A DNA stretch of 63,399 nucleotides, filler included, from Nemertoderma westbladi (lineage: Eukaryota; Animalia; Xenacoelomorpha), in assembly GCA_032718475.1 (NCBI GenBank). It is 3 parts of 3 records of this genome, joined end to end, with 100 filler letters (N's around TTAATTAATTAA, not from the genome) between each part and the next. Parts side by side here need not be neighbours in the genome. Positions count along the whole stretch, not along the records: positions 1 to 24,020 come from JAUCBJ010004162.1; positions 24,121 to 50,350 come from JAUCBJ010004381.1; 1 more part is not named here. One strand, written 5' to 3'. Under the pieces are notes generated by a model, which did not search any database, was not told the DNA's origin, and worked only from the letters and a program-made list of their open reading frames with translations. Both the position numbers and the translations under genes were made by a program. Below are positions 13,421-25,764 of this stretch, piece after piece (the stretch's first letter is position 1; each line of letters opens with the position of its first letter).

Positions 13421-13831
13421 CTAGATCATCCGCATCTTTAAGGCCAGTGTCCTTTAAGATGCGTCTCAAGAAAGTCATGGGCTGTCCACCATGCTTATTC
13501 ACTCCATGAGGCTGCCAAAGTACAAGGATGGAGGATGGAGGCGTCCCGAATTCTCCTCTTTCAATTGCTGCAACCCGAAGGTGGGGGTGGGTGGGCGCTT
13601 CTCCTTTCCCAAGTTTTGCTCCAAGTAAGTCAACTGGTCCGCATTTTATCGACCTGGAATGACCACAAAAACGACCAAGATTGTATTAAACCATGGCAAA
13701 CTTAGGCAACTTAGCTGATCCTAGACTCTGTCAATCTTCTTGGCAAACGAGACAACTGTTGCATAGCTATTGCACACTTTATCTTGGATTTACAGTGTTT
13801 CGATTATTGAGATGCTTCTATTGTGTGCCGG

Positions 13832-15003
13832 TGTAACAGCGGATTCTGTCCCCCCGCGGATATGGTCCGGGGGGACCGAATCCGCTAGCGGATTCTGTCC
13901 CCCCTCCGCAGATTGAGTCCCCCCTTAAATTATAATTTTACAGTACAGTCAGACAGTGCTGAGTACAGCAGTAGGCTACTGGTACTGACATCAGGAAATA
14001 GTAGCGTAGCTTATGCATTAAATTATAGACTGATTAAAACTGCAGTAGCTACCACTACCTGACTACTGCGTTAAATTAAATTCCCACATCTGTATAGTGT
14101 ATATATACTGATATAGTCGCCTACTACAGTACAGTACAGTACAGTAGGCTATTATGGCCAACTTCGATGAGACGCAGCTTTATCAAGCCGTCTATAATTA
14201 TATTTCGGGAGATGACACATATCCAGTCAATTCAACAAAGTTGCAGAAGAGAACTATACTCAGGAAAGCGGCTAATTTTAACATTATAGATTCATTATGG
14301 ATGAGGGATGGTTACATGATGAGGAGGAAGATATTGTACTGTCCCTATTACAGTAATAATCATACTGTAGTTCGAGTTGTCAGGTATCTTTGGTTGGATA
14401 TGTCATTGGTCAGTTGGTGTCATTTCGTTTAATTAATAATTAAATGAATTAATTACCGAGGTCTAATATAAATGGTTTTACAGATAGTATTTTGTGTGTG
14501 TGTGTGGGGGGGGGGGGGGGGTTATATTCAGTTCAACTGTTACACCTAAACCCAACTGAGTAACAGTTATTCATATTCATTCATGTTCATTGATATTATT
14601 AGTATGCAGGTATGCAGGTGGGGAGGATAAATTTTCTAATAATAAAAAGGCTAAAACAATATAACCTCATTACAATAATTTTATCGTACTACGAAATTGG
14701 AAAGGAGCATGTTACACACAATGTTTTCTAACCAGAACAATAAACGATACATACTGAATAACCGGTCTGCCAGTATTGTATCCATTGACAATAAGGAAGG
14801 GAACGGAGCAGTCTGGCAGTGTATTTTGAATTTATTGCAATAACATTGGGGGGACCAAATCCGCGAACGAGGACCCAATCCGCTAGCAGATTTGGTCCTA
14901 GGGAGACCAAATCTGCTAGCGGATTGGGTCCGGGGGGACTAAATCCGCTAGCAGATCGGGTCCGGGGGGACCGATTCTTCGGGGGACTGAATCCGCTGTT
15001 ACA
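13832..15003 (+). mobile_element. Ginger1-like DNA transposon, internally deleted
   Basis: TGTAACAGCGGATTC ... GAATCCGCTGTTACA termini with CCGG on both flanks (13828-13831, 15004-15007), the known Ginger1 target. Internal ORF 14154 begins YNYISGDDTYPVNSTKLQKRTILRKAANFNI, which resembles a Ginger/GIN integrase N-terminus. Confidence 0.85.
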
Positions 15004-17445
15004 CCGGGTCGCACCCGTCACAGAGACATACAGTATAGTATACGACATCGATTGGCATAGTATGGCAGGGCCCTAGACTTACTACTGTACATATTATTAT
15101 AGTTACTTTTTAAAGTTTCATTTCCCAATTATTATAATGCAGTATGTTATTCTTTACATGAACCATTTCGACTCCCTATCCCCAACTTGGCTAGACTTTG
15201 ATTATTCTTTTTTGACTTCTGATTATGTAAATTATATTAATATGAGTTTTGGTACTTTTAGCAATTAGCTCTTTCGCACAGGAAATTGTATGGCGCAGCA
15301 CAACCGTAGTTTGAGTTTGAAGATCATATTAGATGCTTAGCTATTACTACTGTATGTTTACTATGTACAGTATATTATATAACGCATTTAGGCAAATGTA
15401 CACAGTAGGTACATTACAGTATGTATACGCCACGGTTTGGTTGTCGATCTACGACTTCTGTACTTTGTAGAATGTATTACTGGTGATGTACAGTTGTAGT
15501 ATGGAATTAACTGGCTTAATGCCAACCGCCTCTCCTGTAGTAGATAATACTGCACTGTGTAACAGAAATGCATACATACTTGCCTGTAAGTAATACTGTA
15601 CAGTACACTACAGCACTAGACGTTATGGGTAGTGGAAATAGGCCTAGACGTAGTGGGCTATTGAGAAACCATTATGGGTTCGATGTGGCGTTAGAGGAGG
15701 AAGACTCTTCGAATGATAACCACTGTAATGAAGATGACGACAGTTTAGAAGATGCCGTCAAATGAAAACTGGCGTCGGAAAAGAAATCATCAATCTGGAA
15801 CCCCCCCCCCCCCCCCCCCCCCCCCCATAGTTATACAGTAGCCTAATAAATTGTTTTAAAAGTAAGCCATAACAAACGTCTTAGGAGCTGTAATAATGTC
15901 TAAATACTGTAGTGTATTCTTAGGGATAATGGATGCTGTTTAATTATTTATTCTAGACCTACAGTATGTCTTACATCTGATTATGTTTAATAATATGCAA
16001 AGATAATACCAATACCCACGGATAACCCACCCAGACGTATTTGCTCTCCAGTCATTAAAGAACGAAGTTTATTATTATCATTGTGTAATAATGATGAAAC
16101 ATTAATAATGTCTCGCCACGGATACACTGCATCTGATTGTAATAAAAGCGTATCATTTCCATGTCAGGTAATTCTAGTTAATAGATATGTACAGTAGGTT
16201 AATCTATACTAACTGCTATACACGATTTAGACAATATTCGTACTCGCACAGTTTCAAGACTTGCATAGTTATAAAGGTCGTCAGTCTGCGTTTGGGAAAT
16301 ATAATTTAAGACAAAACATGACAAGCGCAATGAAATCGGCTTGTAATGGCCCGGGCGCAATTTTTAATGCGCTTCAATGGCGTTGAGTTGCTGGAGTACC
16401 GCTTTCACTATTTACTCAACAGTTTACTGGTGTATTGTAGTTTCGATACTTTTCGTAGTTACAAACCTAACGCTCTTACTGCAGGACGTAGCTACAGTAC
16501 TACTTCCGTGTGCGGTCAATGTTTGCCACTATCTGCCTTTAAAAGAACTAAAGTACCCTTTTGAGTCCCTTATTTACAGTTTTTTTCTGTATATTTGCTG
16601 TTTGTTTAACGTTTTCGTCTGTCATAGCATAGCTTGGTAAATTCCTCATTGATGTTCTATTATATTCAAGGCCTATTAACTGGCATGAAAACCTATGGCT
16701 GTATGGTACAGTAGGAATACTACATTTTAATTACAATACTTTATTTAAATCATTTTTAATTGTATCAATAATATAGGAATACATAATTTATTAATTAACT
16801 TTTATTGACCATTAGGCAATAGGCTAATCGCTTCACATTCGGATCTGCACGTAAGAAATCTTTAATTAAATTTGGTATCAATTTAGACTATTTGTTTATT
16901 GACATGTTTTTAAGCCTGTAGAACAGTACTTATTTACAAATTTATTGTCAATATTTTTAAATACTTTTTTAAAATTATGGTACGTACGTTGTTTGCGCTA
17001 CACTAACCTACCCCGTCAGTTTTTAGTAATTCATACATATTTTATTTAAATTTTAATTCAGTCGGTTTTTAATAATCCATACATATCTTATTCAAATTTC
17101 AATAGTTCTACCGATTCTACACTACTTTGTTTTAACCTATATTAGTTTGTTGTTTGTGCATCGCCGGTTTTTAACAGTCCTACGCTGGATTGAGTACATG
17201 TATTTCGTTGGTGTCGTATCAAGTTTTTTTTTATACTCTTCTTGCACTTCTTACTATATTTTATTAGGCCTATCCTATTACCGGTATTACATACTGTACA
17301 ACATATTAATTTACTTTCAGTTCTGGTTCTATATAAAGATTGCCTTAAATTATGTCGGTGATGGGTATCTATAAGTTTATCCTCCTCTTACCCTAAACTA
17401 TTAAACATATATGTTCCTCATTTGTATCTTTCATTCTTTCCTCAG

Positions 17446-18696
17446 ATATGCCGCGAAGATTGTGATTACCTTAGAACATCTATTGAATGTGGATTATGTA
17501 AGATTTGGACACATGGCTCATGTTTGAATATCAGTGATTCCTTGATAAATAAGTGGGAGAAAGACTCGTTGACATTTGTATGTAAAAGGTGTTCTCACAG
17601 TGGTGACCAGTATAATGTATTGGGCGCTTTGCAGAGAATTTCGATGAAATTAACCAAGAAAATGTATGATATTGAGGACTGTGCTTTGTCAGAGGAACTA
17701 CTGTTACAAACTTACAATGTTAAATTACCGCGTTACAACGGTGATATTCTGGAGTTCAATCCGAAGGTTGACAAGGTCGATGACAGGTCTGTTAACCTTC
17801 TGAAGAAGTACCACCCAGCAATGCTAGATAGTCATATGCCTTTGTTTGTGGAGGGTGATGGAAACTGCCTGTACCGTGCAGTATCTCTTGGTACATTTGG
17901 TAATGACAAATACCACATTCTACTTCGATTGTTAACGGCTATAGAGGTGATAAATAATCGATGGTTCTATGATAAGAAAAATATAGGATATAAAGATTTT
18001 GTTAATTCAAAGTACGTATTAGAGAATGAAAATTTCTATGACTTTGTCAATAGTATCGTAAAGTATAAAGAACCAGGGGGTTTGGTAGTTGTGTATGCTG
18101 TATCCAGTGTTATTGGATGGCCTATAACTTCATATATGCCGCCATTTGAAATTAACAGCATGGAAATGACGGAATGTTTTCGAAGAATTGTCAGAGGTCG
18201 TCGTGTTCTTTCCACAAAATCACCATGTATGATTCTGATGTGGACTCAGTCAGGTTCTATGTTATATTTTACGTCTACCTGTGATCATTTTTGTGTTCTG
18301 AGTAAAGTTGGCAAGCATAAAAAAAAGGTTGAAATAATCGTTTCATCAGATGAAAATTTCGACACACCCTCCCAGATTTACTCCCCTGAGATATTATGCA
18401 GTGATTCCAACGAGAGTGAGAGTAGTGTTACTGATTTTCCTGCTTCTCAGTATCAGTGTCCCGTTGATAGCATTTCGGAATCGGAGCAGAACGAATCTTC
18501 CGACAATAATGATATTCAAAGTACAAATACTACTGATAAACCCATTCGAAGCACAGTTAATGATAAGCGCATTAATGATGAAATTACCCTTGAATCTAAC
18601 GTGGGGGGCTTCATAAAAAATGGAAAATTTTTAATGACTAACGAGATTCTCGAATTATTACTCAAAATAGGACAATCGAAGCCTTTGCTCTCCAAG
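17446..18696 (+). CDS. PHD finger + OTU-like cysteine protease (vertnin-like), large internal exon
   Basis: ICREDC...ECGLCKIWTHGSC...FVCKRC (PHD, first Cys missing). GDGNCLYRAVS is the OTU Cys box and CDHFCVL a His box. A polypyrimidine-cag acceptor ends at 17445 and an AAG|gtagtg donor starts at 18697. Confidence 0.8.
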
Positions 18697-19631
18697 GTAG
18701 TGTTAATAACTGAATGAACCCATAATGAGCCCATAATAAATTATTAATACCAATACCCCATATAAGTAACAGTAATTACCAATCCAATCTAATAAACATT
18801 TTCCATCACAATCACAATTTGCAAATCACAATTGCAACTTTAACCCATGTTATACACGGGCTATATATTTACAAACGTAATTTGTCCGGCAATTGTTTTT
18901 AGATCTTAACTGAAAATTACAATTTGAAAGATAAGGGTTCTCAAGGTCGCTGATCAAGATAAAACTTAAAAATATGGTAGCGAATTTTACTTATATTTTT
19001 CGTGCCACACATTGACACTTATCCAAAAAATGCCCTATCAATAATGTACAGGATATACTGTATTTCAGTGTCATATTCGTGATCAGCATCCCAAAAAACC
19101 CTTACGGTTATAAAATCAGTTTGATCTGGTAGTGATTTTTCATTATCAGTTGGGCGCTAGGCCTACTTGTTTTTTTCGTGCCCAGGGGGAACATTCCGTA
19201 ATACTAATATTTAAAAAGTTATTTAAAAAGTTACAATCGTGATCATGCAGCCAATAAAAACAAAGGCCTACAGTATAGGCCTACCGCAAATAATTTAATT
19301 TTAGCAAGCCATAAAAATTTTGAAACTTTTAGTACGAAAAATATTGGGATGGGTGCCAGAATGGGACTACAGCACGAAAACTAACACATCTACAGTATGT
19401 AATTGGCGGTTGCGCTTTTGGATAGCCCATTAAAATTTTAAATGACACCCCCACCCCCCCCCCCCCCCCATCCGGCCAAATTGGGTTAAATAAATATTTC
19501 ATAAATAGTTGATAAATGTTTGGATTTATCATATTTTGAAACTACTATAAAATTGGCACCTAATTTTAATAAAATCCATCAATTAAGCAAAGGTATCATA
19601 ACAGTTCCTAACACTACTATTACGTACAAAG

Positions 19632-19754
19632 GTTCCCTTGGGGGATAAATCCAATACCTATTTTGTTATTGACAGATCAAATTGTGGACCAGGTGAAATG
19701 AATCGTTATGAAGATGATTGTGGGGCCTGGCTGAGTAAGAAGGGTACGAAGTAA
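19632..19754 (+). CDS. Next exon of the PHD-OTU gene, not in the ORF track
   Basis: ag|GTT joins in phase 0 and reads VPLGDKSNTYFVIDRSNCGPGEMNRYEDDCGAWLSKKGTK*. The block is coding-like within AT-rich DNA. Confidence 0.65.
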   Translation, partial: VPLGDKSNTYFVIDRSNCGPGEMNRYEDDCGAWLSKKGTK

Positions 19755-20969
19755 ATATAGTGTATAGGTCAACTTTATACTGTATTATATGATATTATGT
19801 TCTGATTATAAAACTTATAAACTTCAAATAAAAACCATCTGTAACATTTAATTGAACTAGGCCTACGGTAAGTACACTACACAGTATATGGCCCAAATTA
19901 AATTTGGATAAAATAAGAATTAATTTTATCGAAAGACCAGATCAGTGACCAACAAAATCAACATACTTTTGTAAAAGTAGCCCACTTAACAGAGTGTGTT
20001 ATACAGTATATAAGCGAGGGTTATAATATACAGTCTTATTGAAACCTACTCAAAAGTATGTTATTAATAATTTAATACAATTATAATAAATATATTTTAC
20101 AAAATTCCACTAAAAATACTTTAAAATTTGTTATCTTTGCTTTTTGTGCCGGGCCGGAAATGAGTAAAATCAATGCAATATTTTTGCCTTAGGGAAAATA
20201 GTGCCCATCTCGTTATTACTCGATAATTTTCTCAGCGCAAAAACTATGTAAAAAATATAAATAAATGTATAACTAGAGTAATGTATAATAATATGAAATA
20301 CAGTATAAATAATATGCATTGATCTGGGATTGTTTGAGAAATAAATTATATAAGAAATTGAAAATATTTATTTACTTCCTAAGTAAAAACGCAACGACAT
20401 GCGCACACCACAATAGATTAAAACAATTCCAACGGTCACTAATGGCTGATAGTGGCCGTAACTAAATAATATAATAATATATTATCTATAATTTGATCTT
20501 CAAAAAGTTGATAATTTATAATTAGATAAAATGTACTGTGTAGGCCTACAGTACATATGAAATACAGTATAAATATGTCATGATCTGGGATTGTTTGAGC
20601 AATAAAGTAGATGGCACCTCCAGCGTCCATGGATCCCAGGCGACTCCATTCCGATTGGTGGAAGAATATGTTGCATGATTGAATCCTCGGATCGCATATC
20701 GTGTTACTACAATGTCTCTTTCGATTGACAGTTAGATGTTCGGTGATAAAACGCCATGGCATTCATAAACCATACAGTCTATTGGGAATTCAAATGTCAT
20801 CAAGAGTACAAAATACTCTTCTCCTAGATGTTGATATTTTTTGGGTATTACAGTATATCATTATGCCAAATTATTAAACATTAATAAACTGACAAATAAA
20901 CGAAATATATAAAAGAACAGGTTGCGCTTACAGTTACATGTATGCTGCATTAACCAAAATAATAAGAAA

Positions 20970-22345
20970 ATCAGTACCACATCGGACCCAATCGGTACCA
21001 CATTGGACACAAATCGGCACCACATCGGACCCAATCGGTACCACAATCGGTATCACATCGGACCTTATGGGTACCACATCGGACCCAATCGGTACCACAT
21101 CGGACCCAATCGGTACCACATCGGACCAAATCGGTACCACATTGGACCAAATCGGTACCACATCGGATCAAATGGGTACCATATCGGACCATATGGGTAC
21201 CACATCGGACCAAATGGGTACCACATTGGACCAAATCGGTACCACATCGGACCCAATCGGTACCACATCTGGAACAAATCGGCACCACATCGGACCCAAT
21301 CGGTACCAATCGGACCAAATCGGTATCACATCGGACCTTATGGGTACCACATCGGACCCAATCGGTACCACATCGGACCCAATCGGTACCACATCGGACC
21401 AAATCGGTACCACATTGGACCAAATCGGATCAAATGGGTACCATATCGGACCATATGGGTACCACATCGGACCAAATGGGTACCACATTGGACCAAATGG
21501 GTACCACATCAGACCAAATCGGTACCACATCGGACCCAATCGGGTTCACATCGAACCTAATCGCTACCACATCAGACCCGGTCAGACCTAATCGGTACCG
21601 CACATGATCCAGAGATCCCAGACGACTCCACAGTCCATTCCGATTGGTGGAAGAATATGTTGCATGATTGAATCCTCGGATCGCATATCGTGTTACTACA
21701 ATGTCTCTTTCGATTGACAATTAGATGTTCGGTGATAAAACTCCATGGAATTCTTAAACCATACAGTCTATTGGGAATTCAATTGTCATCAAGCGTACAA
21801 AACACTCTTCTCCTCCTAGATGTTGGTATTTTTTTTGGTATTACATTATATCATTATGCCAAATTAATAAACATAAATAAATAAAACAAACTAAAGTAAA
21901 ATAACACGTTACGCTTACAGTTACATGTATGTTGCATTAACCAAAATAATAAGAAAATCACTACCAATTCGGACCCAATTGGTGCCACATCGGAGCCACA
22001 TCGGTGCTGATTGCGACCAGTAGCTTTGGTCCGGGCTGGTACCTTTTGAGTCTGGCTTGGAACCTTTTTGAGAACGGTGTGGTACCGATTGGGTCCGATG
22101 TGGTACCGATTGGGTCCGATGTGGTACCGATTGGGTCCGATGTCGTACCCATTAGGTCCGATGTGGTACCGATTTGGTCCGATGTGGTACCGATTGGTTC
22201 CGATGTGGTACCGATTTGGTCCGATGTGGTACCGATTGGGTCCGATGTGGTACCGATGTGGTACCGATTGGGTCCGATGTCGTACCCATTAGGTCCGATG
22301 TGGTACCGATTTGGTCCGATGTGGTACCGATTGGGACCGATGTAT
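20970..22345. repeat. 21-bp subrepeat arrays of the right arm
   Basis: 20970-21605 and 22077-22345 mirror the left-arm arrays with different copy numbers. Confidence 0.95.
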
Positions 22346-22477
22346 GAACGTTGTTAACGTTTAAAGTTGGAACATAACCAGATAACAGAACATCAGAATA
22401 ACAGCATCAAAGGCTTCACTAACTCTCAGCCAAAGGTGTGGTACTACATATTTGCTCAGCTCAAAATTATTCAGATA

Positions 22478-22726
22478 GGGGGGGGGGGGGGGGGGGGGGT
22501 GGGGGAACTGGACGCAATAAACATTCCTCCCTCTCCAGGGGAAATTCGACGCAAATAACAGATGATTAATATCAAAAATAATAATTGTGTTTAGTTTATT
22601 GTTTTGGTTAATATAACGTGCCACTGCAACCTGCTCCTTTCCCTAAATTGAGAATTTAACATTGAGGCGGGATATTAATTCGCCAAGATGGGATTTGCGT
22701 CCAGTCCCCCCCCCCCCCCCCCCCCC
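22478..22726. mobile_element. Poly-G/poly-C-ended MITE, copy in right arm
   Basis: Reverse complement of 9827-10053, at the equivalent position in the arm. Confidence 0.8.
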
Positions 22727-24020
22727 GTTTCTAATTATTTCAAACAATGCATTGATAACGTTTTCTCTTTCAAACTTCTTGCCTTCTAGCGGCAGACTGG
22801 AGAACTGAAGATTGTCTCTAGTGCATGTGTTATATATCAGTATATAGTACAGTATAGTATAGTATAATTATACAAATACAATAACTGCCAAGCCCATTGT
22901 GTATACCTGAAGACGGGTACTGTACTGTATAAGTAGGGGCAATAGTCTCTCAGTCTCTGCATTAGATATTCTAGTATCTAGTACCTACTGCAGTGCAGTA
23001 CCGGTTACCAGCCTGACCTGTTGTCAGAAAGACTAACAATTACTGATACGAGTTTGGTCAGTTGGTGCTGGAACTTGTTATTTACATCCTAAATTGCCAA
23101 TTTGTGGCCGATGTGGCTCCGATGTGGCCCCGATGTGGTCCGATGTGGCCCCGATGTGGTCCGATTTGGTCCGATGTGGTACCGATTGGGTCCGATGTGG
23201 CTTTTAGACGGACCCCTTACCAATTATATAGCGCTTGAATTACTGAATTAGGTGCTTTTAATGACAATAATTATGGCAGTTATTTTTTTGACCCCTTTTT
23301 TGGTCTTTTGACCTCTTTTTTCGAAAATTTACATCACTGATTAACTGATTTATGACCCTTTTCATCCTGTTATCTGTTCATTGCAGTATTGTTCTTATGA
23401 CCCCTTTTTTTCCGACATTCGGTTCTATCACGTCTGCACGTACCGTATCAGTATCGGGACGTTCCTGATTGGGGTTGGGGGCCTCTATTTTGAATTTTTT
23501 TTAATGTCATTTTACCAGTGCCCGTGGCAAACCACTTATAAAATTTTTGTATCTTTGGTCAATTTACCACTTCCTAGAGGAAACCACTTAGAAATTTCAG
23601 AATTTGGTCAATTTCCGGCTTCCTATAACAAAAATACTTAGAACGTTAACTTATAATTTTGATTCAAAATATGCTGCTCCCTCCCAACTGCCCAAACCCC
23701 TACCTATTTAGTTAGAGCGCTACTCTTCAGCTCTTTAGTTAGAGCGTAACACAATACTTGATAAGTCTACAGGTCTAGTACAGTTACAGTACAGCAGTAG
23801 TATTAGTATTAGTACTAGTACTAGTACCTATACCTCTACCTGTCTGCCTGTCTATTGTCTACATCTACAGACTGACAGATCTACTGGCAGACTGAGTTTG
23901 GAGTTGATGCTATCAACCATTCTTCTATTGCATCGTTGATCTGTTGTTTTGTTAGATTTAATATGTAATAAAACTACCCAAACCCGACTGCCCGACTACC
24001 GTCAGACCGTAATGTACTGG

Positions 24021-24120
24021 NNNNNNNNNNNNNNNNNNNNNNNNNNNNNNNNNNNNNNNNNNNNTTAATTAATTAANNNNNNNNNNNNNNNNNNNNNNNN
24101 NNNNNNNNNNNNNNNNNNNN
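24021..24120. other. Assembly gap / artificial contig linker
   Basis: 100-nt N run containing TTAATTAATTAA (stops in all six frames). Confidence 0.97.
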
Positions 24121-24844
24121 TTCGAACCTGCGACACCAAACACTATTGTGTAAGCAGTTCAGGCACCGTATCCACTTCTACAGAACACGCTTGTATTATT
24201 TTATTAATTGATATTGGCTCGACGCCTGGATGTTGTCCATTATAAATGGTTGTTTTAGTTTGTTGCATTATGTACCGGTTATGGTGATATTGATTGAAAT
24301 AATTTTCTACTTATTGTTATGCGGGAACTACAGTATAATAGCAAGGACATAATCTAGCCTATAGTACTGCTGGTTGAAGTATTTACATCACACATTAAGT
24401 AAGGCAATCAATAAGCATATCACATATACACTGGTAACGGACTTCATTACGTTTATATTAGGTAAAGTTACTTCCCAGAATCATAGATTACTTGGATAGT
24501 CGAGTCGTGCTTTACGTATCAAGCTAATATCATATTTTTTAAATAACTTTTAATTATAATAATATACCTATTAATAACTAGGTAGGTTGTGTGGAAATTA
24601 TTGAAAGAATAATAGAGTCCTACTGAACCAATTAAAACGAAATGTGATAAATCATTACAAATACATTTAGAGTGGTGTTGGTTATCTGAATAGAGTCATC
24701 CCCTAACATAATTAGAGATAGTTTATTTTTCGTACATACAACAACTGAAACTACAGTAGTTATTACTACAGTATAGTATGTAGGATACAGGATACATACA
24801 GTATACAGGTCATACAGTACATTTATCGTATCTATTAAAAAACC

Positions 24845-25328
24845 ATGATAAAACAGTGCGTTAAGGCAGTTTGCGTTCTCCGTGGCGATGAAGGTGTTTC
24901 CGGAACACTTTACCTGGAAGAGAAACCCAAACAACCCGTCCACATAACCGGGGAAATCAAGGGATTGACCCCGGGCGAACACGGGTTCCATGTACACGAG
25001 TTCGGAGACAACACTCAGGGGTGTGTTAGTGCCGGCGGCCATTATAATCCCTTCGGACAGACCCATGGAGGGTCCTAACGATACAACCAGACATGTTGGA
25101 GATCTCGGCAACGTTGTAGCTGGCGCTGATGGTGTTGCCAAGATCGATATAGCTGATAACCTTGTTAAACTTATTGGGGACGTCTCTGTGATAGGCCGTA
25201 CTATGGTCGTACACTCGGATGTTGATGATCTGGGGCGCGGGGGTAACCCTTGCAGCGCTGAGACTGGGAATGCGGGTGCTAGAGTCGCCTGTGGTGTTAT
25301 CGGGTTAGGTAAGAATGGTAATAACTAA
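24845..25328 (+). CDS. SOD1: Cu/Zn superoxide dismutase, intronless, with a +1 frameshift at 25070-25072
   Basis: [20 protein letters not shown]|[21 protein letters not shown] and [13 protein letters not shown] are all present across two overlapping ORFs. Removing one G gives 160 aa. Confidence 0.95.
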
Positions 25329-25669
25329 AGATTGAAACATTTTGATTTTTGATTATAGAAATGTAAACAGTAATTATACAGTATGGTAGGCCTATTGCTA
25401 CTATAATAGTGTCACATACAGTAGTATAGTACGACTGGTAAACGTATACACTCTACAGATATTCTGTATATCAATATATGTCGCCTAATAGTTTCTGCAA
25501 TTAATGCTTATGCTGTGTTTGATGTAGTGAATGTGGGTCACGGATATCCAAATTTGTGAAAAATTGTTCATTCAGTACTATCTAGCCACTCAGTTAGATT
25601 ATTACAAATGTTGTAGCGATAATTGATAAAGACGATCGGGTGATTTACTTTTAGATAAAAATAAATTAC

Positions 25670-25764
25670 CTTCTAACATTATTTGTAATATTTTCAGCTG
25701 CTTCGTCGGAACAAATGGATGACTTGAAATCGCCCACAAAGTTCCGAAGGATTAACCAATCCAT
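25670..25764 (-). CDS. Possible first coding exon of an unidentified minus-strand gene
   Basis: ATG at 25764, MDWLILRNFVGDFKSSICSDEAAENITNNVR, then an AAG|gtaatt donor. CpG-rich sequence lies upstream. Confidence 0.3.

Larger units (their letters stand above)
8529..23215. mobile_element. Giant foldback transposon (Mutator/Phantom/FB-like) with multi-kb modular inverted arms
   Basis: Termini GGGTCCGTCTAAAAGCCACATCGG and CCGATGTGGCTTTTAGACGGACCC. Left arm 8529 to about 12340 mirrors right arm about 20630-23215 block by block. Flanks cctaccaa (8521-8528) and cttaccaa (23216-23223) match 7/8. Confidence 0.9.

Noticed and set aside
15568-15765. Acidic short ORF as a 5' exon of the PHD-OTU gene
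   Set aside because: No convincing donor or homology.
20861-22624. Mirror set of repetitive ORFs
   Set aside because: Same artefact in the right arm.
24632-25214. Minus-strand ORFs over SOD1
   Set aside because: Antisense shadow with no motifs.
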